Shown here: piece by piece, positions 39,672 through 53,233 of the stretch | Layout of the letters: each line of letters begins with the position of its first letter | How positions within the stretch are numbered: the stretch's first letter is position 1 | Assembly (NCBI GenBank): GCA_951406725.2 | Contig: OX597814.1 | Coordinates: 169,012,001-169,076,000, forward strand | Direction of reading: 5' to 3' | DNA from: Octopus vulgaris | Lineage: Eukaryota | DNA length: 64,000 nucleotides | The notes under the pieces: model-generated | Database searches by the model: none | Told to the model about the DNA's origin: nothing | Seen by the model: only the letters and a program-made list of their open reading frames with translations | Made by a program: the position numbers and the translations under genes

Positions 39672-39910
39672 CTGTGGTTAGGGTGTCAGCATCATGATCG
39701 TAAGATTGTGGTTTCGATTCTTGGACCGGGCGACGCGTTGTGTTCTTGAGCAAAACACTTCATTTCACGTTGCTCTAGTCCACTCAGCTGGCAAAAATAA
39801 GTAACGCTGCGATGGACTGGCGTCCCGTCCAGCTGGGGAACACATACGCCATAGAAACCAGGGAAACCGGGCCCATGAGCCTGGCTAGGCTTTAAATGGG
39901 CGCATTCTAT
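39672..39910 (+). mobile_element. tRNA-derived SINE, family D (CORE-like and V-like segments)
   Basis: GGTTTCGATTC B-box, TTGAGCAAAACACTTCATTTCAC, CTGCGATGGACTGGCGTCCCGTCCAG; copy at 55697-55935. Confidence 0.85.
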
Positions 39911-40190
39911 TCTTCATTATTAACTATACACAGCTGTTCTAACTATGTTAGAAAGTTGCTGCTAATGGTTAAACTTAAACCAGCTGCAGTATTCGAAGAA
40001 GGAAAAAAAAACCTAGTTTATTTATCTATGGATGTTATTGAAGACATTAATATTTCGAAATATGTACCAATTATTTATTGTTTAGAACTAAACTGCTTGT
40101 AACCTACATGCGATCCATTCGTTAAGAACGTATGCCTCTTTTTTCACAGAAATAAGCATTCTAAAAGGACTTATGCTATTCATATCCAAT

Positions 40191-40432
40191 CCGATATTGT
40201 TGTTGAGACAACGGCAGTAATTTTATTCAGCTGAATACACGTCATTGATTGGTTGAAATTACCGAAATACGACTACTTTAACCCGAAATAACTTTGAAAA
40301 TATAAACTTTTCTTAACAACACTAAGAGTAAAAGATGTTTTATATGACACACTCTACCAGTGTCCGAAGTTTGAAAGTGTTTAGTAAAAAAAAAATTAAT
40401 TTCTCGACCTGCCGTTCAAAAGGAAAAGATCC
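40191..40432. mobile_element. Solo arm of Merlin-like family M2
   Basis: Reverse complement of 44758-44990; ends GCCGTTCAAAAGGAAAAGATCC, related to the M1 TIR. Confidence 0.75.
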
Positions 40433-40723
40433 TTAGCTTGTGAAAATTCTTAGCAGCATTTCGTCCGTCGTTATGTTCTGAGTTCAAATTCCGCCGAGGT
40501 CGACTTTGCCTTTCATCCTTTCAGAGTCGATGAAAAGAATACCAGTTGAGTGCTGAAGTTGATGTCATCACCTTCGAAATCGTTGGCCTTGTGCCAAAAT
40601 GTAAAAATCATTGCTATTATTAGTGGCTGTTACTTTAGATAGAGCGATAATTCTTTTTAATTAAATTAAAGGAAAAAGTTCACTGCTCGTGAATATGAAG
40701 GTTTTTTTTATTTTTTAAGTAAA

Positions 40724-40739
40724 TTATTATTATTATTAA

Positions 40740-40805
<66 letters not shown>
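40724..40805. repeat. (ATT)n microsatellite
   Basis: Directly visible. Confidence 0.97.
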
Positions 40806-40806
<1 letters not shown>

Positions 40807-41453
40807 AATACATTGACGTGAGGTTGATACCACTATCTTTAATTTGCGGTGTAATTGACTTGAAAAAAAAAAGCGAAAAGGAGAAACGGACAGCTTGTCC
40901 ATTTTTAAATGTTTATTTCAATTTTTTAAAAGCTTTCTCGTCTGTTGGTGTTCAGTAATTTCTCTGTTTTAATTAGCGATGGGACAAATTTTTACTCTAG
41001 CTATAGCAGAAGCAGTGTCCGTCTATTGTAATATTTTATTTAATCTTATTAACAGCTCTTCACAGTAGAAAATGGAACACTAATAATGGGAGACTGTATG
41101 ACAAAGATTGGCTAAGTCAGTTCCAGTGGCTTTATCTAAAAGAATGCAAGTGTTGTAACCGTACTAGCAAGCATGTGTAATAGTGGCGGTTGTGGTGGTA
41201 TGATGGATTGCCGTCGTTTCAACGATAAGGGTTCACAGTTCTCCGATCGAACTGAATAATCTGTTAACGTACACGCTGTACGTAATTCTCCAACTGAAAA
41301 GCGTGGCACAATGTGTGTGAAAAGGCTTATACTGTTTATATTATGAGTAGAATCCACCCGGCATGCTTTTTTTTTACCGTTTTCATCAACCTAATTTCAT
41401 TCACAACGTGTGGGTAGAAAGAAAATGACTTAATAACAAATGCTCAAGATGTG

Positions 41454-42510
41454 CAGCGTTGGATTAACCATTAAGCAGAATAAACAAGCGTTTAGAGCAT
41501 CAAGGGAAGAAGAGAACGACAAAAATGAGAAATAGTATACGGCACAAAAGATATCATTTTGAACTTGTTAAAATAATATTCGAGATACCTCATCCCTACT
41601 AAGTATAGAAGATGTGTAACGTAAGATTAATTTTGAAGATCTGATCAAAGACTTTGCAATTAAAAAAAAAGTAAGAGAAAGTTTTTCAAATATAAATAAA
41701 ATGTAATTATACAAAAATAAATATTTCACATCTTACTGTTAGTTTTGTTTCATATTTTAAAATAGATTATATTACGTTTATTTCGTTTTTGCATTTGGTT
41801 TGCAAGATTCTTTAAGTGAATTCGTACGTTAAAGCATATTTTATTGTGTTTGAGAAGAATCGTTCTCTTTTAGTGCCTTATTACTTAACACACTCAAAAA
41901 TTTTAGAAAAAATAAGTAAAAAATATAGGCGCAGGAGTGGCTGTGTGGTAAGTAGCTTGCTAACCAACCACATGGTTGCGGGTTCAGTCCCACTGCGTGG
42001 CATCTTGGGCAAGTGTCTTCTGCTATAGCCCCGGGCCGACCAATGCCTTGTGAGTGGATTTGGTAGACGGAAACTGAAAGAAGCCTGTCGTATATATGTA
42101 TATATATGTGTGTGTGTGTGTGTTTGTGTGTCTGTGTTTGTCCCCCTAGCATTGCTTGACAACCGATGCTGGTGTGTTTACGTCCCCGTAACTTAGCGGT
42201 TCGGCAAAAGAGACCGATAGAATAAGTACTGGGCTTACAAAGAATAAGTCCCGGGGTCGATTTGATCGACTAAAGGCGGTGCTCTAGCATGGCCGCAGTC
42301 AAATGACTGAAACAAGTAAAAGAGTAAAAAGAGTAAATGAGTGGAAATCGAACCGGTGAGTGTATTGAGTAATAAGACACTAAAAAAAGAACTATTTTCC
42401 CCAGACAGAATAAAATATTTTATGTTTAGTTATTGTTTATATTACCTATATATGGGGACACCAAAATCTTTTAAGGGCTTAGAGCCTCTATGGGTCTTAA
42501 TCCGGCCCCG
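41454..42510 (+). mobile_element. Internally deleted hAT element with C-terminal transposase remnant
   Basis: Ends CAGCGTTGGATTAA / TTAATCCGGCCCCG; TSD AAGATGTG/AAGATGCC; peptide RKINFEDLIKDFAIKK typical of hAT C-termini; inserted in an old SINE A remnant. Confidence 0.7.
41927..42336 (+). mobile_element. SINE family A, young full length, inside the hAT element
   Basis: Near-consensus copy. Confidence 0.93.
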
Positions 42511-43100
42511 AAGATGCCGCGTAGTGAGATCGAAATCGAGACCTTGATGTTGCAATGCAAACATCTTAACCATTCGGCCAGAGTGTTCCGAAAATAAACA
42601 TGAAAAAAAAAATCCGTTGTAAGTGATCATGAGAAATCTATAAAACATAGAATAACTGCTAATAGTTGTACAAAAAGAAATATTAGATTTCTTTTTCAAA
42701 CTTGTTGACAAAGGCTAGTACTGAAAATACGAAAATGTAAATATTTGAAATTTACTGTAGAGTACAAACGGCATGTCGCTGAAGTCAGTAGCATTCAATT
42801 GACGGATCACCAAATTGTTCCAATAACAATTTAATAAAGGAAGTGAACTTGAAATGGTTAAAGTCACATCAAACAAAATTCATGGATCAAATTAATTATG
42901 TTATTGCTCAAGCTTTGAGTGTGGAGCTCGTCGATGACTTATAAATGACAAACATACGCTTTATCAATTGACGAACCAATTAGTATAAGCGTCATAAAAA
43001 GTGATGCCTTTATGAGTGAATATTTTTTTCCTACAAAAAACGAAGAATTCAAAACAATTTATTTAGGCTGAACAACTTAACGAAATTTTTTTATAATGAA

Positions 43101-43474
43101 ACTCTTTTACTCTTTTACTTGTTTCAGTCATGTGACTGTGGCCATGCTGGAGCACCGCCTTATAGTCGAGCAAATAGACCCCAGGACTTATTTTTTGTAA
43201 GCCTAGTACTTATTCTATCGGTCACTTTTGACGAACCGCTAAGTTACGGGGACGTTGGGAGGACAAACACAGACACATAAACATATACACACGCATACAT
43301 ATATACATATATACGACAGGCTTCTTTCAGTTTCCGTCTACCAAATCCACTCACAAGGCTTTGGTCGGCCCGAGGATATAGTAGAAGACACTTGCCCAAG
43401 GTGTCACGCAGTGGGACTGAACCCGGAACGATGTGGTTGGTAAGCAACCTACTTACCACACAGCCACTCCTGCG
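43101..43474 (-). mobile_element. SINE family A
   Basis: Family A match with a short internal deletion. Confidence 0.9.
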
Positions 43475-44047
43475 TTAAAGTTTTTAATAACAAACAACTT
43501 GTTGCAAATAATTACGTTGGATAAGAAGTAGATGGAGTAAATGCTGTTGATGTGCAGAATGCTTTAGTATTTTCGAAATTTGAAGAAATATGAGCCCCAA
43601 ATATATGGCTGGGATTCGCTTTATGAAACCAAAAGGAAAATTTGTTTTGAGTTTGCGCCCGTCATCGAGACGACTACAAGAAAATTTAATACATGCTACA
43701 AAATTAGCCCGCCCCATGCATGACTCGTAGGTCGATCGAAGGGAAATAAGTGTATACTAATGATCCAACGGCAACGGATGGATCACGTGGTCTGTATTAT
43801 GTCAATTGCTGAATTACATGTTGCATACTCTTAGTATTGAACTTCGGGGCACAACTAATAAATTTTATCATAATTTCACTTGCCATTTTATCTTGAATTT
43901 CGAGTCTATAAATGTAGCCTTTGAATTATCCTTCGGTTGGGGTAGAGAGAACGTGGTGTAACGTGATCCAAGCAACGGAAAATTTAAAAGTCCGATTCAA
44001 CTGTTGTTGAGATGGGATCCTATTCTACCAGAGTAAGTGCCAAGAGT

Positions 44048-44400
44048 CTGGGAATCTGGGACCCCCTTCGGTCACGACACTGACCATGGGATTGCACCTA
44101 GAAAGTTACCCTCCTAGTCACAAGTCTGGGCAAGGTGGTTGGTTTATGGAAGACCAGCAGTCGCCCATGCATACCGGCCTCCCCTCTCCACGCCACCAGT
44201 GTTATCCAAGGGAAAGGCAAAGGCCGATACAGCTTGGCACCCGTGACGTCGCAACTCATTTCTACAGCTGAGTGAACTGGAGCAACGTGAAATAAAGTGT
44301 CTTGCTCAAGAACACAACACGCAGCCTGGTCCGGGATTCGAGCTCACAACCTCACGATCGTAAACTCGACGCTCTAACCACTGAGCCATGCGCCTTCACA
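44048..44400 (-). mobile_element. tRNA-derived CORE-like SINE, family E
   Basis: Head TGTGAAGGCGCATGGCTCAGTGGTTAGAGC, TTGAGCAAGACACTTTATTTCAC block, 10-bp TSD TGCCAAGAGT. Confidence 0.88.
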
Positions 44401-44757
44401 TGCCAAGAGTAGAATATACTATAAAAGGAGTGAACATCTTCAGTTTCACTATCTCCCAAGTAACAGATTGAGTTTATCTCAATTTTCTAATCTAGTGAAA
44501 GTGATCTCAAAAATATTTCGCCATTATCGTGAATGAAATTCCAAACATCTCCCACTTTGAGCAGATAATATATAAGTCCGAGGTATGTTAATTTAAATGA
44601 CGGTAGGTACAAAAAAGATTTCTGAAGTTTGCAGATTGCATCAGTAAATCGAAGAGATTATTCAGTTTATCATGGGTGCCTTCGAAGAACGTGCCTTTCC
44701 TCTCAGTGACTGAAAGGCGCACGCTTATAACAACGATGCAAACATGGCAGAAAAGTA

Positions 44758-45245
44758 GGATCTTTACCTTTTGACGGTCAGATTTTAAAAATAATTTTTT
44801 GTAACTAAACACTCTTAAACTTCGGACACTGGTAGAATGTGTCATATAAAATATCTTTTACTCTTAGCACTTTTGAGAAAAACTTATATTTACGAAGTTA
44901 TTTCACGTTAAAGTTGTCGTATTTCGGTAATTTCAACCAATCAATGACGTGTATTCAGCTGAATAAAATTTCTGCTGTTGTTTGTCAACAAGAACTTCCG
45001 GTGGTGTATATTTCGTTTGTCACTGCTATTTATGACAACCCTAACCCTAACCTTAAAACATTAACCCTAACACCCTAACCCTAAAACCCTAACCCTAAAA
45101 CCTTAAAGCTAAAACCAGCACAAACGCACGAACGATGTCATGAATAACAGTGACAAACGAAATATACACCGCCGATAGTTGTTGTTGACAAACAACGGCA
45201 GTAATTTTATTCAGCTGAATACACGTCATTGATTGACTGAAATTA
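44758..45245. mobile_element. Merlin-like foldback element (M2) with telomeric-repeat loop
   Basis: GGATCTTT left end; arms ~44928-45036 and ~45136-45245 are inverted repeats around degenerate (CCCTAA)n; right terminus not found. Confidence 0.78.
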
Positions 45246-45818
45246 TGTTTGAGAATATTATTAACTATTGTAGTTACGGCAACCGCAGCGGGGAAATAAG
45301 ATCTTTTAGCAGATTCAAAAATCTCAAAAATTGTTGAAGTCCATTATGTCTAAAACTCGGTTTGTTGATTTTAGCAAGGTAGAGAGAATTGACTCAAATA
45401 TTGCCAGGGAAATTGGTTTTGGCAGTATTATTAGAAGTGTTGCAGAGACAGGAAGCTCATTTAATTAGCTGATTAGACTTATCGTTGTTTTGTATAGAGT
45501 ATATAACTATCAGTATTTAAGAAAGTTTATCAGTGATCATATCAAGGTAGCCTGAGATTAGCCACGATGTCGAATTATACTTTCATTATAGAGCGAGCAA
45601 AAGCTCATATTTAATCGGGTTTTATGTCCTGTATTTCTCTCTTCCATCCTCTCTCTTTCTCTCTCTCAGATTTATATAAAAAGTTGGCAATCTACTCAGA
45701 TTCGCCTTGAGTTGAGTTGTCAATTGGTTAAACTCTGAGTAAACTGTCAAACTTATGACCTAATTAACATATCTAACCACTATATCAAATAGTGTGTTTG
45801 AACTACGTAAAATATACA

Positions 45819-45983
45819 AGGCGCGGGCGTGACTGTGTGGTAAGCAGCTTGCTTACCAGCCACATGGTTCCGGGTTCAGTACCACTGCGTGGTACCTTGG
45901 ACAAGTATCTTCTACTATAGCCTCGGGCCGACCAAAGCCTTGTGAGTAGATTTAGTAGACAGACACTGAAAGAAGCCCGTCGA

Positions 45984-46026
<43 letters not shown>

Positions 46027-46040
46027 CGCATGTGTGTGTT
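45819..46040 (+). mobile_element. SINE family A, 5' half
   Basis: Head to internal (TG)n, then abuts a LINE fragment. Confidence 0.88.
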
Positions 46041-46830
46041 CAGGAGGGAGTTCTGGAAGTCATCCATAGGCCCAGGCCTGAAAGTTCTCCGAAGCAGACC
46101 GGTTAGTTGATTCTCGTCGACGGCTAGAGTTTCTCCGAGTACGTCGTCGCACTTCCCCTCCACTAACCCTCTATAGAACACTAGAGTGTAACTACCACCG
46201 GCCCCATTGCCCCGGCTGGTGGAGGGCTGTGAGCGCTTGACGGGTCTTGAGGTGCCAAGCGCTCCTCCTCGGTCTACGCCTAATCCAGGTTTGCAGCCCA
46301 GTCAAAAAGACTAGCTGTGGAAAAGTGAGTCTTACAAACGGCGACCACGCCTGCTCACCGTCAAGGAAACGCTGAAGATGCCGTAGCCTGAGCGCATGTC
46401 TGCGCTTCAGTAACAACAGCATTCCCAGCCCTCCATTCAGCGGCTGTTGACAGCAGATGGAGCACTTGACAGGTGGAATGCACCTCTTCCACAGAAAGCG
46501 GAAGATTAAGCGTACCAGCTTGGTCAACCAGCAAACGCGGTAAGGAACGACGGTCAAGTGGTAATAGATGGCAGAATCGATGTACGCATTCACCACCTCC
46601 GCTCGACCTTTGAGGGACAGCTTCCTCTCGACCCATTTCTGGGTGAGATTGACTACCCTGCTCGTCACTTCGTCCCAGTTTTTCTCCACCTGGAGGTCTG
46701 GACCGAACCAGACCCCGATCAATTTAACCGGGGCCTCTGTCCAGCGCCCCACAACGCTGTTGGACGGCATGGACTTGCCGACTTGCCGAGCTGCAAGCCC
46801 ACTGAATTTTCAGCGTTGATTTTTGTTCCT
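46041..46830 (-). mobile_element. L1/Tx1-clade LINE ORF2 fragment (RT C-terminal region)
   Basis: ORF 46192-46770: VKLIGVWFG..NW....W..RKLSLKGRAEVVN..IFRFLW..GGLG motifs typical of L1/Tx1; truncated on both sides. Confidence 0.88.
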
Positions 46831-47536
46831 ACCACGTCCACTACCCAACCTCTTTTATGGTAGCTACTAAACAGAAGACTACCGCCTGCCCTGCCTTGTT
46901 AAAGGTTGGTGATGGGGCGATCCTCACGACTGAATCGACCGATAGTCGGATTCAAATTTTGGTACAAGGCCAGCAATGTTTCAGAGGAGAGTAAGTTAAT
47001 TACATCCCTCTCAGTGCCCAAATGATGCTACCTGCTCTGGCTTGTTAAAGGGTGTTAACTCTGGCTTGTTAACTCGACAGATAGTCGGATTCTTCATAAT
47101 TATAACAATGTAAAGGTTTCAAATTTTAGTTTAAGGACAGCAATTTTTTAAGGGGAGGGGCAAATCGATAACATCGACCCCAGTGCTCATCTGATACATT
47201 ACTTTATCGACTCTGAAAGGCAAAGTTAAGTTAATCTCGGCGGAATTTGAACTCGAAACGTAAAGCCGGAAAAAATGCCGCTAAGCATTTTGCCCGGCGT
47301 GCTATCGATTCTGTCAGCTTACACGATTAGATAACAATAAATGAAAATACATAAATATAAACAAGTTTAAAGACGGATAATGTATAAAGGCCTCCGTGTT
47401 TCTTTCATGGATTTCTTACTGAACAATACCAAGGAATAGGACTGGCCGCATTCGTTCATGCTCACGTAAGTGATGTCTGTCAATCTTACGAAACATAAGT
47501 ACATTATTATATAAAGCATTAACACTGACTGAATCC

Positions 47537-47923
47537 CTTTTCTTCTCTAGGCAAAAGGCCCGAAATTTTGGGGGAGGGAGCCAGTTGCTTAGATCGACCG
47601 CAGTACGCAACTGGAACCTTATTTATCGACCCCGAAAGGATGAAAGGCAAAGTTGACCTCGGCGGATTTTGAACTCAGAATGTAAAGACAGATAAAATAC
47701 CTATTTCTTTACTACCCACAAGGGGCTAAACACAGAGAGGACAGACAAGGAGATTAAGTCGATTACATCGACCCCAGTGCGTAACTGGTACTTATTTAAT
47801 CGGCCCCGAAAGGATGAAAGGTAAAGTCGACCTCGGCGGAATTTGAACCCAGAACGTAACGGCAGACGAAATACGGCTACGCATTTCGTCCGGCGTGCTA
47901 ACGTTTCTGCCAGCTCGTCGCCT
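47537..47923 (-). mobile_element. SINE family B heterodimer
   Basis: Full monomer joined at GAAATA|GGTATTT (~47700) to a headless unit with a different tail (CCCCAAAATTTCGGGCCTTTTGCCTAGAG). Confidence 0.88.
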
Positions 47924-48083
47924 TCTTTTCTATTACATATTACATGCATAGATACACATATGGATACACATACGCACGCACGCACGTACATACATACATA
48001 CATACATACATACATACATACATACATACATACATACATACATACATACATACATACGTACATACAGACAGACAGACAGACAG

Positions 48084-49172
48084 ACGCTGAACTATTAAGA
48101 AATCTGCAGTTACTCTATCCAGATTACAAGTTCAGGTTTATATTGGGACACTGGAATATGTAACACACTGCCTAAATACCAATCTTGAGAAATTAGGCTT
48201 CTCAAAACCAGAAAGGAGAAAGCTGATTAGAAGATGACAGAGTCAAAACATCACTGGAACTTTAAAAATCTGTAAAACTTTCCAGAAGTTTATCATTTAA
48301 GTATATATGTGCATGTTTCGATATGCAAGTATATGAATGAGAAGACATACATAAAACAAAGCACACAAATCTGCAAACATACATACATGGTGGCTGCCCC
48401 CTCGTTATCGAGTATAGCCATTGCACGAAGCTTAATCAATGTTGTTATCGTGCAATGCCTGTGCAAGAAGATTTTTTTTTAAGTGAGGAAAGGCTGTGCA
48501 CTGAGTCAATCCCACTCACTAAGCAACAGCAGCCATAATCCGAAAAGAAGAACAAGTCAACATCATCGGTAATCACTGAGCCGCAGCTTTTATGTCGGAG
48601 TTATCCCAGTTACCTGAGTTACTATCTCCTAGAAGGATGCCCTAACAAAGGCTAGGAGTCCTTCACTCCCAATGGTTTAACTGCGCGATCGGGTATTCAG
48701 TCCGATTATTTCTATGTCCCCGCGCATGATACAGCCTTAAGACATTTATTGGATGGCCGTTGACTTTCAAGAGTTCCTCCGCCCTTTGACGGGTTTTGTT
48801 TTTCATCCGGCAGGGTGTCCAATAAACACCCTCCTCACCAAAGCAAGCTTGGTGGGTTTGCCGGTTTAGTCGCCGACGACCCGACCATGCAACAGGTTGT
48901 ACTGGGTTACATGTTACCTGTAGCACTCGAAAGTGACCTGACATACATACATACATACATACATACATACATACATACATACATACGTACATACATACAT
49001 ACATACATACATACATACATACATACATACGTACGTACGTACGTACATACATACACACATACATACAAACAAACAAAATGCTCTGTTGATGTTGAAATTC
49101 GAATGAAAGAGCCTAGTTTGAAACCGGCTCTTTCTCTGTTGGCAAGAAATCCTGAAATAAAACTGAATAATG
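48084..49172 (+). mobile_element. Second copy of the RLE-type LINE 3' end, interrupted
   Basis: AELLRNLQLLYPDYKFRF then the same C-terminal sequence as 38127-38290; 3' UTR at 49080-49172; (TACA)n on both sides. Confidence 0.72.
48389..48940 (-). mobile_element. ~550-bp non-coding insertion in (TACA)n, possibly RTE-derived
   Basis: GC-richer block absent from the 37868-38290 copy; CGGCGACTAAACCGGCAAACCCACC resembles RTE 5' UTR sequence. Confidence 0.5.
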
Positions 49173-50835
49173 ACATACATACATACATACATACATACAT
49201 ACATACATACATACGTGCATGCATGCATACATACATGCATACATACATACAAACATTCATACATACATACATACATACATACATACATGCATACATACAT
49301 TCATACATACAAACATACACACACACAAGCATACATACATACATACATACATACACACATATATACATGTATACATACATACATACATACATACATGCAT
49401 ACATACATTCATACATACAAACATACATTCATACATACATACATACACACACACAAACATACATACATACATACATGCATACATACAAACATTCATACAT
49501 ACATACATACACACATACATACATGCATACATACATACATACATACATACATGCATACATACATTCATACATACATACATACACACACACACAAACATAC
49601 ATACATACATACATACGTACATACATACATACATACATGCATACATACATACAAACATTCATACATGCATACATACATTCATACATACAAACATACATTC
49701 ATACATACATACATACACACACACAAACATACATACATACATACATGCATACATACAAACATTCATACATACATACATACACACATACATACATGCATAC
49801 ATACATACATACATACACACATACATACATACATACATACATACATACGTACATACATACATACATACATGCATACATACATACAAACATTCATACATAA
49901 ATACATACATACATACATACATACATGCATACATACATACATACATACATACATACACACATACATACATGTATACATACATACATGCATACATGCATAC
50001 ATACATACATACATACATACATACATACATACATACATGCATGCATACATACATACATATATACATACATACATACATACATACATACATACATACATAC
50101 ATACATACATACATACATACATGCATGCATACATACATACATACGTACATACATACATACATACATACATACATACATACATACATGCATGCATACATGC
50201 ATACATACATGCATACATGCATACATGCATACATACATACATACATACATACATACATACATACGTACATGCATACATACATACATACATACATACATAC
50301 ATACATACATACATACATACATACATACATACATACATACATACATACATACATACATACATACATACATACATACATACATACATACATACATACATAC
50401 ATACGTACATACATACATACATACATACATACATACATACATACATACATACATACATACATACATACATACATACATGCATACATACATACATACATAC
50501 ATGCATGCATACATACATACATATATACATACATACATACATACATACATACATACATACATACATACATACATACATACATACATACATACATACATAC
50601 ATACATACATACATACATACATACATACATACATACATACATACATACATACATACATACATACATACATGCATACATACATACATATATACATACATAC
50701 ATACATACATACATACATACATACATACATACATACATACATACATACATACATACATACATACATACATACATACATACATACATACATACATACACAT
50801 ATACATACATACATACACACATACATACATATATA
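49173..50835. repeat. ~1.66-kb (TACA)n array
   Basis: Directly visible; variant-rich left part, purer right part. Confidence 0.98.
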
Positions 50836-51335
50836 AATACATAACTCGTGTACCGTTTGCATTAGACTGAATTGAACGGCAAACTAGATTCATATTTTGG
50901 TCATAAAACTATAACAGCATATGTCTGACTGATGAAAAATTTAGGTATATATATTATTAAGTAGTTCAGTGAGTGAAAGCACATTTCACGTATGGAACAT
51001 TAAATTAAAATAATGGAATAAATCATTAAAGCTGTCATATAGTCAGTGAGATAAAATATCTGTTAATGGCTATTAAGTAGCGGAGTCTAAGAACTATATC
51101 GGTTCTAGTAAACTAAATAAATGAATGAACGAAACAAGCTTATGCGAGATTTTCACCTTATTTGTAAATTCAACAAGCGTGTCTGTATGTGGTCGCTCAA
51201 TCTGCTAGGAATAGCAGCCGAATTTTGTATAGATAACGCTGTGATCACAGCTGGTTACTATTTTTGATATTTGGTCTTCTTGATCGATGCGGACCAACTA
51301 AACCAATTTTTTTTTACTTATAATCTTTTACTTGT

Positions 51336-51571
51336 TTCTTATTTCTTTATTGCCCACAAGGGGCTAAACATAGAGGGGACAAACAAAGACAGACAAACGG
51401 ATTAAGTCGATTACATCGACCGCAGTGCGTAACTGGTACTTAATTTATTGATCCTGAAAGGCTGAAAGGCAAAGTCGACCTCGGTGGAATTTGAACTCAG
51501 AACGTAACGGCAGACAAAATACCGCTAAGAATTTCGCCCAGTATGCTTAACGTTTCAGCCAGCTCGCCGCT
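51336..51571 (-). mobile_element. SINE family B monomer
   Basis: Full head and tail, inserted in the tail of an old SINE A. Confidence 0.9.
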
Positions 51572-51572
51572 T

Positions 51573-52084
<512 letters not shown>

Positions 52085-52199
52085 AGCTTTTTTTCTTTCA
52101 TTTTTTTTTTTTTCACAGCCCTTGTTCATTTGCTCTTCAGTTTAGTTTAGCCATCACGACCAAAGCCATGCTGGAACCCCTCTTTTATGTGTTGCTGCA

Positions 52200-52705
52200 A
52201 TAGGAAATATCACAAGTAAGTTCTGCACGACTTCCCTTTCTACACGAGACAAAGTACGATTCGACCGGACAGAAATAGGAGACTGCACAAATTTCTCCAC
52301 TGTTCGGTGATCCCTTCCAACTATTCTTGAAATTTCTATGGTCGTTTTTCCTTTTCCAAGCTCTGACACGATGGTAGACTTCTCATTTGAGGTAAGATCA
52401 CGATTCTGACCCATAATTACTCTTAGATGAGGCACGTGCCTGATAATTTGGGACAGCAGAAATGATGCTACTACACAATAATAGCCGCCATTTGTTTTCT
52501 TCTGCGCAAATCCGATTCATTTTAACAAAATGTGCACAGGCGTAGGAGTGGGTATGTGGTAAGTAGCTTGCTTACCAACCACATGGTTCCTGATTCAGTC
52601 ACACTGCGTGGCACTTTGGACAAGTGTCTTCTACTATAGCCTCGGGCCGACCAAAGACTTGTGAGTGGATTTGGTAGACGGAAACTGAAAGAAGCCCGTC
52701 GTATA

Positions 52706-52796
<91 letters not shown>

Positions 52797-53233
52797 CACA
52801 TACATACATACATACATACATACATACATACATACATACATACACGCATACATACATACATACATACATATATACATACATACATACATATGTGTGTGTG
52901 TGTGTGTGAACGTGTATATGTTTGTGTGTCTGTGTTTGTCCCCACCCAACATTGCTTGACAACCGATGCTGGTGTGTTTACGTCCCGTAACTTAGCGATT
53001 CGGCAAAAGAGACCGATACAAAAAGTACTAGGCTTACAAAGAATAAGTCTTGGAATCGATTTGCTCGACTAAAGGCGGTGCCCCAGCATGGCCACAGTCA
53101 AATGACTGAAACAAGTAAAAGAGTAAAAGAGATAGGTGTTGCCAATAGTCAGTGGGAAAACATCCGGATTTGAACGAATATACATTTATCTATTGAGAGA
53201 AGGATGATTTGCCTAATAATATGGGATGCAGTG
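52200..53233 (-). mobile_element. Tc1-like transposon 5' fragment, interrupted by a SINE
   Basis: TA|CACTGCATCCC terminus at 53233; peptide MGQNRDLTSNEKSTIVSELGKGKTTIEISRIVGRDHRTVEKFV resembles a Tc1 N-terminal HTH. Confidence 0.75.
52538..53132 (+). mobile_element. SINE family A with >200-bp internal microsatellite
   Basis: Full head and tail. Confidence 0.92.

Noticed and set aside
45038-45115. True telomere or chromosome-fusion relic
   Set aside because: Short degenerate repeats enclosed within a transposon's inverted arms
48815-50893. Long ORFs up to 566 aa (HTYI/MYVC repeats), also at 28712-29581 and 20985-21551
   Set aside because: Stop-free translations of tetranucleotide microsatellites
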